DNA from: a virus
Lineage: Duplodnaviria; Caudoviricetes
DNA: 64,000 nucleotides
Strand: one strand, 5' to 3'
Virus record (IMG/VR): IMGVR_UViG_3300027845_000349
Coordinates: 23,805 to 87,804 of that record
The notes under the pieces are model-generated. The model made no database searches and was not told the DNA's origin. It saw nothing but the letters and a program-made list of their open reading frames with translations. Positions 33,733 through 43,197 of this stretch are shown in pieces. The translations under genes were made by a program, and so were the position numbers. Each line of letters begins with the position of its first letter. The stretch's first letter is position 1.

Positions 33733-35366
33733 ATTAATAACAATATGCTTGATTTAATATATAAACAGGTGTATTGTTGTTAACAGGGGGAATAATGATA
33801 AAAAATGAATCAAGAGATCCGTATAATCTAAACAAAATACTTCCGGAATTTTCTATAAAAGAAATAGAAAATATAATAAACCCAATTACCGGGATCCACA
33901 AGAAAGGTATAGTAATAAGATCAAAGCTTGGATATTGCCTGATAAATACCGGTAATGTGACAATACACTCTTCAAATGGTAAATACATCATTGATGACGG
34001 AGTTACTATCGATACAATACCTGTTGAAGAATTAGAATCTTATGAGGTTATGTAGTGAATGAAAAATGCAACTATCAAACCATGAAAATGTGTGATAGAG
34101 CTAAAGACAGTGGAATTATTAGTTTCGGACAGGCTATTAGTGAAGGGTTTAGAGCAACTATAATAGGCTCAGGATTAATAATAGATTTCTGTCCTTATTG
34201 TGGCGAATCACTAAAAGAGATTGAAATCAGAATGATAAACATAAGTGAATATGGAGAAAGTCCTATTGTAGGTTGGTTAAAAAAACAAAATTTAAGAGCT
34301 CCTATTATTCCTATTTCTGCCGGAAAAGTTGATTTAGACTATAAGCCTAATAGAAATCTTTTTATTGACTCGTATTTTGCAAATTATAAATATTCTATGG
34401 AAATGGCAAAATTCCAAGAGCATATAAATGATTTAAAATCAGATAGAGACAAGTTGCCAGGATATGCACAAGATTCTCTTGATGCAATTGTAAACATATC
34501 AATATTTGGGGGTACTTCATGAATTTATCAGAATTAACTATGAGACAATTAATGAAATTAGGTAGAGAACATAATCTTGAAATCTTTAAAAGAACATGGT
34601 TTATATATGCCGGAATATTGGTTATAGCCGGATTAATATTTCTTTATGATCACATTAATAGTAAAGGGAAGTAATTATGAACCATAGGTGTATGTCATAT
34701 ATTAAAAAAACCGGGAAATGTAATTCAATAAAAGGTTCATGTCCTAATAAAAATTTAAATAACTTAGAATGTAAAACATTTGGTATTTATATAGATGGGC
34801 ATAAGCCTCATGATTATTTTCATAATAGAGTTGGAGGAAATGGACAGATATGAGAAAGCAAAAAGCAGATTTTAAAAGTTCTTTAAACAATAGGGCTTAT
34901 AATAGCCTAACAATAAAGGTTGAAGACTATGATCTAGAAGTAACTAGAAAACCTACCGTATATTGGAATAGCGGACAAGGAAAAAGAAAACTAGACAGCC
35001 TAATTCTTAAGGGTTCTGGACATTTATCTGTAAGTCTTCCTAATGGTAATGAGATTATATTATACAATTCTCCCGAAGGATTAAAAGTTAAATAATGGAA
35101 GAAGAAACCAGAATCACAGAAATTGAAAGAAAAGAGCTTCATGAATTATTGGATATTTCTCTTGAAAAATTGAATACTCCTAAGAATATAAAAAAGGTTC
35201 ACTGGTCAAAGCTAAGTATATTACAATTACAGAAGATGTTAATGGTTGAGTCATTTGAATTAGATTTAGCTGTTTGTAATAATTATGGAATAGAAAGTGA
35301 ATGTGACGATATAATTAATATTGCATTATTTATAAAACATAATTTATCTAAACACGGGAAGACTAA

Positions 35367-35669
35367 ATGGAAAAAGAAATAATTGTAGAATATGATGAAA
35401 AAGAATATTCAATAAAATTAGAGGTAGTTAAATATCTTGGAGAATTAACTTATGGACGATATATTCCAGAAGAGAAAAAAATAATAATTGTTGAAAATTG
35501 CCACATATCTACCATATACCATGAATCTATCCATGCAGCTATCGATATGTTTAGAAGCACAAATGAAAACTTTTCTGAAATATTTGATATTAAATGTAAA
35601 TATGGAGAAGAGGCATTTTGTCATTATGTATGTGAAATAGCAAATGGAATCATAGAGGAGATCAAATGA
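35367..35669 (+). CDS. Small HExxH metallopeptidase-like protein
   Basis: STIYHESIHAA and a downstream EEAFC motif. Confidence 0.55.
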   Translation: MEKEIIVEYDEKEYSIKLEVVKYLGELTYGRYIPEEKKIIIVENCHISTIYHESIHAAIDMFRSTNENFSEIFDIKCKYGEEAFCHYVCEIANGIIEEIK

Positions 35670-36476
35670 ATATAATTAATAAATTAGGAAAAATACTTAA
35701 TAAAACATTTTATGATGATAAAATTAAGGATTTTTTATTTAAAACACTTTTAGTATTAACTTTGATATTTTCACCATTATTCTTTCTATGTTATGGGATA
35801 AAGATATTATTTACTAAATCATGGAAAGAGATAAAGAAAATATTATGAATAAGAAGCAATTAATATTAAATACTGTTAAAGAGCTTGTATCTGGATTTTT
35901 ATATTATGATAGAAAAGAGGACGAAGACCTTCTTCTTGGAGATATCGAAGATCATGTAAAAAATACGGATTTACAGATTGAAGACATGGTAGAAGTTTTC
36001 AGAAATTCTTTAATTAAAGGGATCCACAAAAAATAAAACAATATTATAATAGATTTTAGGGGGAATAATGATTTTTAAGAGACAATATTTAGTATCATGT
36101 AGATGTTTAAAAGATAATGTAGCTTCATACTTTTCACAGCATTTAATAATAAGTGGTTGGACTCCATTTAATTTATATGTAGATGAGATAGAAGCAAGAA
36201 GATCAATTCATAATTTACATTATTATGATTCAGTATTTATTGTGAGTATATCAAGAATTAAATTAACTAAGTAATTATTTTTAGGGGGAATAGATGCATC
36301 CAGAAACATATGGTGAAAAATTAGAAACAATACAAGAGGCTAATGAATCCGGGAATTTAGATATTAATGACTGGGAGGTTACATTCTTAGATAGTGTATA
36401 TTTTAAAACTGGTCCTGAGCTTTCGCATAAGCAAAAAGTAGCAATTGACAGAATATATAATAAAATAGGGTGATTT

Positions 36477-36983
36477 ATGAATATGCAAAAAGAAATATTA
36501 AATCTTCTGAAAAAAGAACCAATGAACCGGTTATCTATAATTAAACATTTATGGAGTCATGATCTTGAGGATGTAAAAGCAAGCTTAAATGCTCTTATCA
36601 TAGAAGGTAAACTTACATACGATGGTCATGATTTCTCTGTAGCCAAGAAGAAGAGTAAAATGGGGAATGTAATAACCGAAGTTGATGGAATAAAGTTTAG
36701 ATCTGGGAAAGAGGCTAATCGATATTGTGAACTTAAGATATTATTAAAAGCCGGAGAAATTTCCGATCTACAGCTACAAGTTAAGTTTGAGGCTGCTCCA
36801 GAAGTACAGTGGAACGGAAAGAAGATAAAACCTATCTATTACTATGCTGATTTCGTTTACAAAGACACTGGTACAGGGAAAAAGGTTATAGAAGATTGTA
36901 AAGGAAGATGTCTTCCACTCTATTTGCTGAAGAGGTCCCATGTAATATTAAATAACCCAGATTGCTGGTTTAAGGAGAGTTAA
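36477..36983 (+). CDS. DUF1064-family nuclease-like protein
   Basis: VDGIKFRSGKEANRY.EL......GEISDLQLQV.F, YYADFVY, IED.KG. Confidence 0.85.
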   Translation: MNMQKEILNLLKKEPMNRLSIIKHLWSHDLEDVKASLNALIIEGKLTYDGHDFSVAKKKSKMGNVITEVDGIKFRSGKEANRYCELKILLKAGEISDLQLQVKFEAAPEVQWNGKKIKPIYYYADFVYKDTGTGKKVIEDCKGRCLPLYLLKRSHVILNNPDCWFKES

Positions 36984-37683
36984 ATGGAAGAGGATAAACT
37001 AATTTTTAATTGTCCTGAATGTGGGAAAGAATATTCTACAAGTATAGATTCAACCGGTGATATGTGGAGATGTATTTGTGGGCAAAGATTTTCATGGAGA
37101 AAATTCTCTATTCCAAAGGAATCTTATATTAGATTGACTTCTGAACAGATTGAAGAAATTCATTATAGATATCTTACTGATAAGAGTCTACAGATATTTA
37201 ATTCAAGAATTGTAATGATAATGTCAATGGCTATACCATCATATAGGAAAAATAAAACCGGTAATCTTGAAGTTATATATTCTACTGAAGATATGCGAGA
37301 AATTAAAGGAATAGAGAAATTAAGAGATGATTATATTAAAGATCATTATCCAGAATTAATATATATTGGAGAAATAGATGCCATTAACAAATGATAATTC
37401 AAGGATACATTTCTGTAGATATTGTGGGAAAACTTTAGAAACAAAAAGAGTGGTAATTGGATTCTTTACAAAGACAGTTGAAAAAGCATGCAATTGCTCT
37501 GATTTTGTATTAAATATAGAGATAACAAAGAATATAGACTCCTTGGAAAAGTCAAGACCGAAAGATAAATTTGAAATACGAGAATCTTATTCAATAGAAG
37601 AGATAAAGAATTAATTTGACATATTAAAATAAATGAGATAATCTTTATTTTTTATATTCTATTTATTATTTACAATTTTCCTA

Positions 37684-37712
37684 AAAGCCCTGGTATAAAT
37701 CAGGGCTTTTTT
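37684..37712 (+). terminator. Intrinsic terminator insulating the tRNA operon
   Basis: AAAGCCCTG-gtataaat-CAGGGCTTT followed by a T-tract. Confidence 0.85.
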
Positions 37713-37713
37713 A

Positions 37714-37742
37714 TTGACATAATTATAATATTAAAATAAGGT
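37714..37742 (+). promoter_or_regulatory. Promoter of the leader-peptide/tRNA operon
   Basis: TTGACA(37714)-17-TAAGGT would start at about 37749 (leaderless); an alternative TATAAT at 37724 would give an AAGGT SD. Confidence 0.6.
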
Positions 37743-37749
37743 AATAAAT

Positions 37750-37803
37750 ATGAACAAGAAAAATCTATACAGTTTATATCTCTCGTTGGTAATGCCTGAG
37801 TGA
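37750..37803 (+). CDS. Attenuator leader peptide MNKKNLYSLYLSLVMPE
   Basis: 17 codons; codons 6-13 are CTA TAC AGT TTA TAT CTC TCG TTG (only Leu/Tyr/Ser), matching the downstream tRNAs; TGA then TAG stops. Confidence 0.85.
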   Translation: MNKKNLYSLYLSLVMPE

Positions 37804-37854
37804 TAGAACTATTTTCTTTATTATTCAGGCCATCCATTGTGGGTGGTTTTTTTT
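37787..37854 (+). promoter_or_regulatory. Antiterminator/terminator pair (transcription attenuator)
   Basis: 37787-37807 pairs with 37817-37836; this competes with terminator GCCATCCA-ttg-TGGGTGGT (37829-37847) plus a T8 tract ending just before the first tRNA. Confidence 0.85.
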
Positions 37855-37856
37855 AT

Positions 37857-37930
37857 GCTCCGGTAGCCCAACTGGTAGAGGCATGGGACTTAAAATCCTT
37901 GTGTTGACAGTTCGACTCTGTCTCGGAGTA
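37857..37930 (+). tRNA. trnL: tRNA-Leu(TAA), short variable loop
   Basis: Cloverleaf; anticodon TAA 37891-37893; 5-nt variable loop; A73; no encoded CCA. Confidence 0.9.
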
Positions 37931-37936
37931 ATTCAA

Positions 37937-38010
37937 GCCTTGGTGGCCTAATTGGTATAGGCGCTGGTCTTAGGAACCAGACTTTGAGAGTTCGAGTCTC
38001 TCCCGAGGTA
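37937..38010 (+). tRNA. trnL: tRNA-Leu(TAG), short variable loop
   Basis: Cloverleaf; CTGGT-CTTAGGA-ACCAG; 5-nt variable loop; A73. Confidence 0.9.
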
Positions 38011-38016
38011 ATACAT

Positions 38017-38101
38017 AGAAGAGTATGTTAGCGGCTATACACGCAGTCTTGAAAACTGTTTACACTTAACGGTGTCGTGGGTTCGAGTCCCACCTCTTCT
38101 G
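38017..38101 (+). tRNA. trnS: tRNA-Ser(TGA)
   Basis: AGAAGAG/CTCTTCT acceptor, anticodon TGA 38050-38052, long V-arm, G73. Confidence 0.92.
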
Positions 38102-38105
38102 TTAT

Positions 38106-38189
38106 GGACAAATGCGATAATCGGTATTCGGCTTGATTGCTAATCAAGTGATCTGAAAGGGTTTATAGGTTCGAGTCCTATTTTGTCCG
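38106..38189 (+). tRNA. trnS: tRNA-Ser(GCT)
   Basis: GGACAAA/TTTGTCC acceptor, CTTGA-TTGCTAA-TCAAG, long V-arm, G73. Confidence 0.92.
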
Positions 38190-38193
38190 ACAT

Positions 38194-38277
38194 GGGTAGG
38201 TATGCAAACTGGTGAAGCAAACGGTCTGTAAAACCGTGACGTAAGATACATTGTGAGTTCGAATCTCACCTTACCCA
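38194..38277 (+). tRNA. trnY: tRNA-Tyr(GTA)
   Basis: GGGTAGG/CTTACCC acceptor, ACGGT-CTGTAAA-ACCGT, long V-arm, A73. Confidence 0.92.
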
Positions 38278-38338
38278 CTTCTTCAAGTTCTAAATTCTGG
38301 GGCTTTTTTTATTTGTTAAATATGTATATAATACTATC

Positions 38339-39940
38339 ATGTGGACAAATGAAGAAAAGAAAGTTATAGCTACAACTGCATTAACAAACATGAGGCCGGG
38401 AGCTCATTTAGATTTCTGGCAGGAATGGTATCTATGTCAGAATGTTCGTTTCGGTCATTTGTTGAAATCCAGAAGAATCGGATTCAGCTTTATAAACTCA
38501 ATTAAGATGGTATCGGAAGCTATTTATCCAGGAATAAATAGATACCAAAAAGTAGTACTCTCGTATTCTTTAAATGAGGCCATGGGCAAAATAAAAGACG
38601 CTAGAGAAGCACTTATGAATCTTCCAGAAGGATGGACAAAGGAATTAAAAACAGACTCAAAGACAGCTCTAGAATTTTGGGATGTTGGTAAAAAAAGCGT
38701 TTCGCAAATTATTTCGATACCTGCTAAGTCTGCAAGGGGATTTGGAACAGATAACGATTACGGAGGAGCTATTGCTGATGAAGCAGCCGAAATAAAAGAG
38801 TTTCGTCCCATATATACATCTATTCTTCCTACTCTATCACGAGGTGGTACATTCTGGATGGGTGGAACTCCTAAAGGGAAAGATGATTTATTTTATGATG
38901 TTCACGCCAATAAGGAAAAATATAAATCGTATACAAGAATAGAAATACCGTGGTGGCAAAGTTCTGCGAATTGCACTGACATAAAATCAGCTATAAGATA
39001 TGCAAAAGAAATGGCTACTCATGATAGAGTTGAAAAATATGGCAATGAGATATTACATGAAATATTCAATAATATGGGACTTAAGCAATTCCAGCAGGAG
39101 TACGAATTAACATTCCAGGATGAAAATGATTCGTTCATTACATTAGAAATGATTATGTCCTGTACCCCTCAAGAAGTAGAACAATACGAATATAAAAATA
39201 TATCAGAAATTCTAAAGGGTGTCATTATCCCTGAAATATGCACAGGATTTGATAAAGACGGTCAACCAGTATTTGAATCGGTAACAGCTCCAGCTTATGA
39301 TCCGGAAATACATGGAGCTCTTTACGCCGGTTGGGATATGGGAAGAACAAAAGATGCTTCTATATTTACACTTATCGGAGTAAAAGACGGTAAAAAACAT
39401 GTGTGGATGTCATATGAATTAAAAAACACTCCATTTGATGAACAGAAAGCATTTGCTGAACTGGCTTTATCGGTTCTACCTATCCAGCAATTTTTAATTG
39501 ATAAAAACGGATTAGGTATGGATTTTGCGGAATGGGCAGAAAAGAAATTTCCTACAGTTGCCCATGGTGTACAGTTTTCCAATGAAACTAAAGAAACTAT
39601 GGCTAATAAAGTATACTTAGGATTTGAAAGATTTGAATATGTTCTCCCTATGAATAGAAAACTTCATGCAGACATTCATTGTATAAGAAAAACATTAACA
39701 GCAATGAAGTTTAATAAATATGATGGATCCACAAAAGATTCTCATGCTGACCGGTTCTGGAGTCTTGCCCTGGCCACAATAGCTATAACTGATGGAGATG
39801 CAAATGTTTCAAGATTTTATCAAGGGTACAGAAGAAATAAGGATATTCAGATATCTTCAACTAAGAAAATTAAAAGTTCAGGAAATGCAGATTTAGACCG
39901 GATAAGAAGAATGGCTAGAAGGGGTAAAAGGCGTGGTTAA
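38339..39940 (+). CDS. terL: Terminase large subunit
   Basis: KSRRIGFS Walker A variant, ADEAA Walker B, GGTP.G, GWDMGRTKD and HADRFWSLALA nuclease motifs. Confidence 0.92.
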   Translation: MWTNEEKKVIATTALTNMRPGAHLDFWQEWYLCQNVRFGHLLKSRRIGFSFINSIKMVSEAIYPGINRYQKVVLSYSLNEAMGKIKDAREALMNLPEGWTKELKTDSKTALEFWDVGKKSVSQIISIPAKSARGFGTDNDYGGAIADEAAEIKEFRPIYTSILPTLSRGGTFWMGGTPKGKDDLFYDVHANKEKYKSYTRIEIPWWQSSANCTDIKSAIRYAKEMATHDRVEKYGNEILHEIFNNMGLKQFQQEYELTFQDENDSFITLEMIMSCTPQEVEQYEYKNISEILKGVIIPEICTGFDKDGQPVFESVTAPAYDPEIHGALYAGWDMGRTKDASIFTLIGVKDGKKHVWMSYELKNTPFDEQKAFAELALSVLPIQQFLIDKNGLGMDFAEWAEKKFPTVAHGVQFSNETKETMANKVYLGFERFEYVLPMNRKLHADIHCIRKTLTAMKFNKYDGSTKDSHADRFWSLALATIAITDGDANVSRFYQGYRRNKDIQISSTKKIKSSGNADLDRIRRMARRGKRRG

Positions 39941-41405
39941 TAGAGAAGAATTCCAAAAAGCTTTAAACAAAGCAAAAACTAAACAGAATAGAGATGAGAA
40001 ATTTACATCAAAACTTATCGATCCGAGATATAGAGGATATCAAAGAGGTATTCTTAATCCTCAACAACATTATTCAATGGAGTTATTCCGTAGAATTGCA
40101 GAAAAAGCCTGGTTAATAAATGTGGTTATTGGCCATATAATAGATAAAACAATTCCATATATGAATCCTTTAACAGATAAAGGTAGAAGGGGATTTGAAA
40201 TAGTTTTAAAAGATCCTGATGCAAAAATGGCTAAAGCTCAAAAGAAGAGAGCAAAAGAACTTCAGGAAATGCTTTTAAAAACCGGATGGGACAATTCTCT
40301 TAAGCATGAGGATGATCTACCTACATATACAAAAAAGATACTTAGAGATTTATTAACTCTTGATCAAGTGGCAGCAGAAAAACTTTGGTCAAGAGGTGGT
40401 GATTTATTAGCATTTGAGGCCATTGATGCAGCTACTATTTTAAGATGTACAGAAGAGGGATATGATGGTGATGATTCTATAAGATACGTACAGATGATTC
40501 AATCTCAAGTTGTATCTCAATATCAATCACATCAAATAATACTTGGGTATGATAATCCAAGAACAGATGTTAAAGCTTATGGTTACGGATATTCAAAAAT
40601 AGAGCAATGTGTAGGATTAGTAATTTCTTCAATAAATACATTTGCGTATAATGCCAGTGCTTTCACCGAAGATAAACTTCCTCGTGGTATGCTCCTCCTT
40701 AATGGTGATGTAGGATTTGAAGAAGTAGAAGAGATAGAAGATTATTTAATTGATGTTATGGGACCTGATGGAATAGCAGGAGCGACAAAACGATGGGGAA
40801 TTCCAATAATACCTTCCGGGAAAAGTGATGGAAAATCTTCTATAACATGGCAACCTATGGGATCTTCTAATCAGGAAATGCAGTATTCCAGATGGCAAGA
40901 CTTTCTAAATATGGGAATTGCTGCTATTTATGGTGTAGATATTGAGTCTACAGGAATGAAGAATGAAAAGGGTGCAAAGATCATGGAATCTGGATCTGCA
41001 GAAGCCCATAAATATTCTGATGACAAAGGTATAGGTAATTCTTTAACATTTCTGAGTCGTCATTTCCAGGGTATTATAGATGATGTTGATCCAATATACA
41101 AATGGAGATTTATAGGATTTGAACAGGATGATGCAAAAGAATTAAGAGAAGCTACATCAGCCGAACTATCATCTAATAAATCATTGAACGATGTAAGACT
41201 TGAAAATGATCAAGAACCAGTAGATTTTAAATTTGCAGATGTTCCAGGAATACAGAATCCTCAATATCTTCAGGCATGGATGGCAGAAGCAGGGCTACAG
41301 CAAGAAGGTGAACAAGATCCCGATCAAAACAATAATGAGTTTGACCAAGGATTTGATGATTTTGAGAAATCAGTAAAAGATGATATAGTAACAATTGTAA
41401 TATAG
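39933..41405 (+). CDS. Portal protein
   Basis: 490 aa directly after TerL; YGYS.IEQ, P.GML, W.PM...N.EMQY, IAAIYGV, N..R.E.D.EP motifs. Confidence 0.85.
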   Translation: MVNREEFQKALNKAKTKQNRDEKFTSKLIDPRYRGYQRGILNPQQHYSMELFRRIAEKAWLINVVIGHIIDKTIPYMNPLTDKGRRGFEIVLKDPDAKMAKAQKKRAKELQEMLLKTGWDNSLKHEDDLPTYTKKILRDLLTLDQVAAEKLWSRGGDLLAFEAIDAATILRCTEEGYDGDDSIRYVQMIQSQVVSQYQSHQIILGYDNPRTDVKAYGYGYSKIEQCVGLVISSINTFAYNASAFTEDKLPRGMLLLNGDVGFEEVEEIEDYLIDVMGPDGIAGATKRWGIPIIPSGKSDGKSSITWQPMGSSNQEMQYSRWQDFLNMGIAAIYGVDIESTGMKNEKGAKIMESGSAEAHKYSDDKGIGNSLTFLSRHFQGIIDDVDPIYKWRFIGFEQDDAKELREATSAELSSNKSLNDVRLENDQEPVDFKFADVPGIQNPQYLQAWMAEAGLQQEGEQDPDQNNNEFDQGFDDFEKSVKDDIVTIVI

Positions 41406-41417
41406 TGTTATATTCAA

Positions 41418-41504
41418 TAAGTCAGCGGTCTAATTAACCGGGGGATAATACCTGCCTTTTATCCCCTTACTGACTTAATCTATAGGCAGAAAAGGCAGGG
41501 ACTT
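41418..41504 (+). promoter_or_regulatory. Structured 5' leader of the methyltransferase gene
   Basis: Three-way junction; CCTGCCTTTT (41451-60) is perfectly complementary to AAAAGGCAGG (41490-99) at the RBS. Confidence 0.55.
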
Positions 41505-42470
41505 ATGAAAAATACAATTTTAATTGGAAATGTTCTCGACAAAATTAAAGAAATTCCGGATTGCTCAGTGAATACTTGTGTAACTTCTCCTCCTTACTGG
41601 GGATTAAGGGATTATGGAAGTGATGATCAAATAGGTCTTGAAGAAACACCAGAACAGTTTATTGAAAAAATGGTACAAGTATTTAGAGAAGTTAGGCGAG
41701 TTATACGTGATGATGGGACATTGTGGCTTAATTTGGGTGATAGTTATGCTGGAAGCGGGAAAGGAAGAAATTCTGATGGTACACATCAAGAAGGAGGAAA
41801 ACAAGGAACATCAAGAGGAACAATTGAAGGAACACTAAATAAACTTGAAACTCCATCTTTAAAACCCAAAGACCTTGTAGGTATACCGTGGCGTGTTGCA
41901 TTAGCTTTACAGGCTGATGGATGGTATCTAAGACAAGATATTATCTGGCATAAACCTAATCCAATGCCTGAGAGTGTAAAAGATAGATGTACCAAAGCTC
42001 ACGAATATATTTTCCTTTTGAGCAAGTCACCTAAATATTACTATGATTATGAGGCGATAAAAGAGCCTGCTAATTATGCTGGATGCCAAAGAGGTCTTTC
42101 AAGGAATATAAGTACTAATGGAATATCTGATTTTGGTGGTTCTAAACTTTATGAAACACGAAACAAACGTTCAGTATGGACAGTAGCAACAAAGTCTTTT
42201 CCCGGCTCTCACTTTGCAACATTCCCTCCTGATTTAATTGAGCCATGTATAAAAGCCGGATGCCCTCAAGGAGGAATGGTATTAGATCCTTTTTTTGGTG
42301 CAGGAACAACTGGAGTTGTAGCTTATGGCTTATCAAGAAATTATATAGGAATAGAATTAAATCCTAAATATGCAGAAATGGCAGAAAATAGGATAAAATA
42401 TGGAACAGTCAAAGAAGAAGAGCTAACAGAGGAGAAGAAACAGATGCATTTCTCCGGCTTATCTGATTGA
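41505..42470 (+). CDS. Orphan DNA methyltransferase, beta class (N4-C/N6-A)
   Basis: VTSPPY (motif IV) precedes VLDPFFGAGTT (motif I); W.KPNPMPESV.DR.T.AHEYIFL. Confidence 0.92.
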   Translation: MKNTILIGNVLDKIKEIPDCSVNTCVTSPPYWGLRDYGSDDQIGLEETPEQFIEKMVQVFREVRRVIRDDGTLWLNLGDSYAGSGKGRNSDGTHQEGGKQGTSRGTIEGTLNKLETPSLKPKDLVGIPWRVALALQADGWYLRQDIIWHKPNPMPESVKDRCTKAHEYIFLLSKSPKYYYDYEAIKEPANYAGCQRGLSRNISTNGISDFGGSKLYETRNKRSVWTVATKSFPGSHFATFPPDLIEPCIKAGCPQGGMVLDPFFGAGTTGVVAYGLSRNYIGIELNPKYAEMAENRIKYGTVKEEELTEEKKQMHFSGLSD

Positions 42471-42500
42471 CACTACATAGAATCAACTATAAAATTAATA

Positions 42501-42573
42501 TAAGAATTGAGTTTCGGCTCTTCTTCCCTGGCGTAATATTCCCCCGAATCATTTCTGCCGGGGTTCTTTTTTT
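42501..42573 (+). ncRNA. Candidate small RNA with C-rich loop
   Basis: Own promoter TTGACA(42467)-17-TAAAAT; UUCG hairpin; second hairpin presenting ATTCCCCC; T-tract; no ORF. Confidence 0.55.
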
Positions 42574-43197
42574 ATAATACTTTAAAAAATCCTTGCATTG
42601 CTACATGAACAGTCGTACACTTTAATTATAACAAATATTTATGGGGGAATTAATGAGAAAGAGCGAAGTTTCAGTAGCAGACGTAATCAATCTACATCTA
42701 TTAAAAAATTGTGATGTTTTGAATCAAATGAGAACCTATATATTCTGTATGGATATAGAGAATGTATCTAAAGAGTTGGATATAGAACTTCCAGAGACTA
42801 AGTTTATTGAGGAATTCATGATAGAGATAAGCAAGAGTATAGGATATTTATCTTTTTCTTCTTTCTGTAAGATTAGCATAGATGAATTGAGAGATCTAGG
42901 ACATGAAGCTTATAGTTTATTGAAATAAGGATAGTATATGAAAAAATCAGATATTATTTGTAACCATATAATGCAAAATCCTATTATATGGATAGGCGTA
43001 ATTTTTATTTCTATAATACTTGCTTATATATTTTGTAATTAAATTGGGAAAAAGAGGTTATATATAGATTTATTCAATAACCTCTTTTTTATTGCAAGGA
43101 ATTAAAATATACTTTAATCTAAAACCATGACTAAAACTAATGACAACTATTTAATTGATAGTTGAATTTAAATACTTTTATGGGTTAAACTTAATGT

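Noticed and set aside
20738-37810. Shared 11-mer GTGATAGAACT near both tRNA-type loci (20738 and 37800)
   Set aside because: A single short match in AT-rich DNA with different contexts; chance is plausible.
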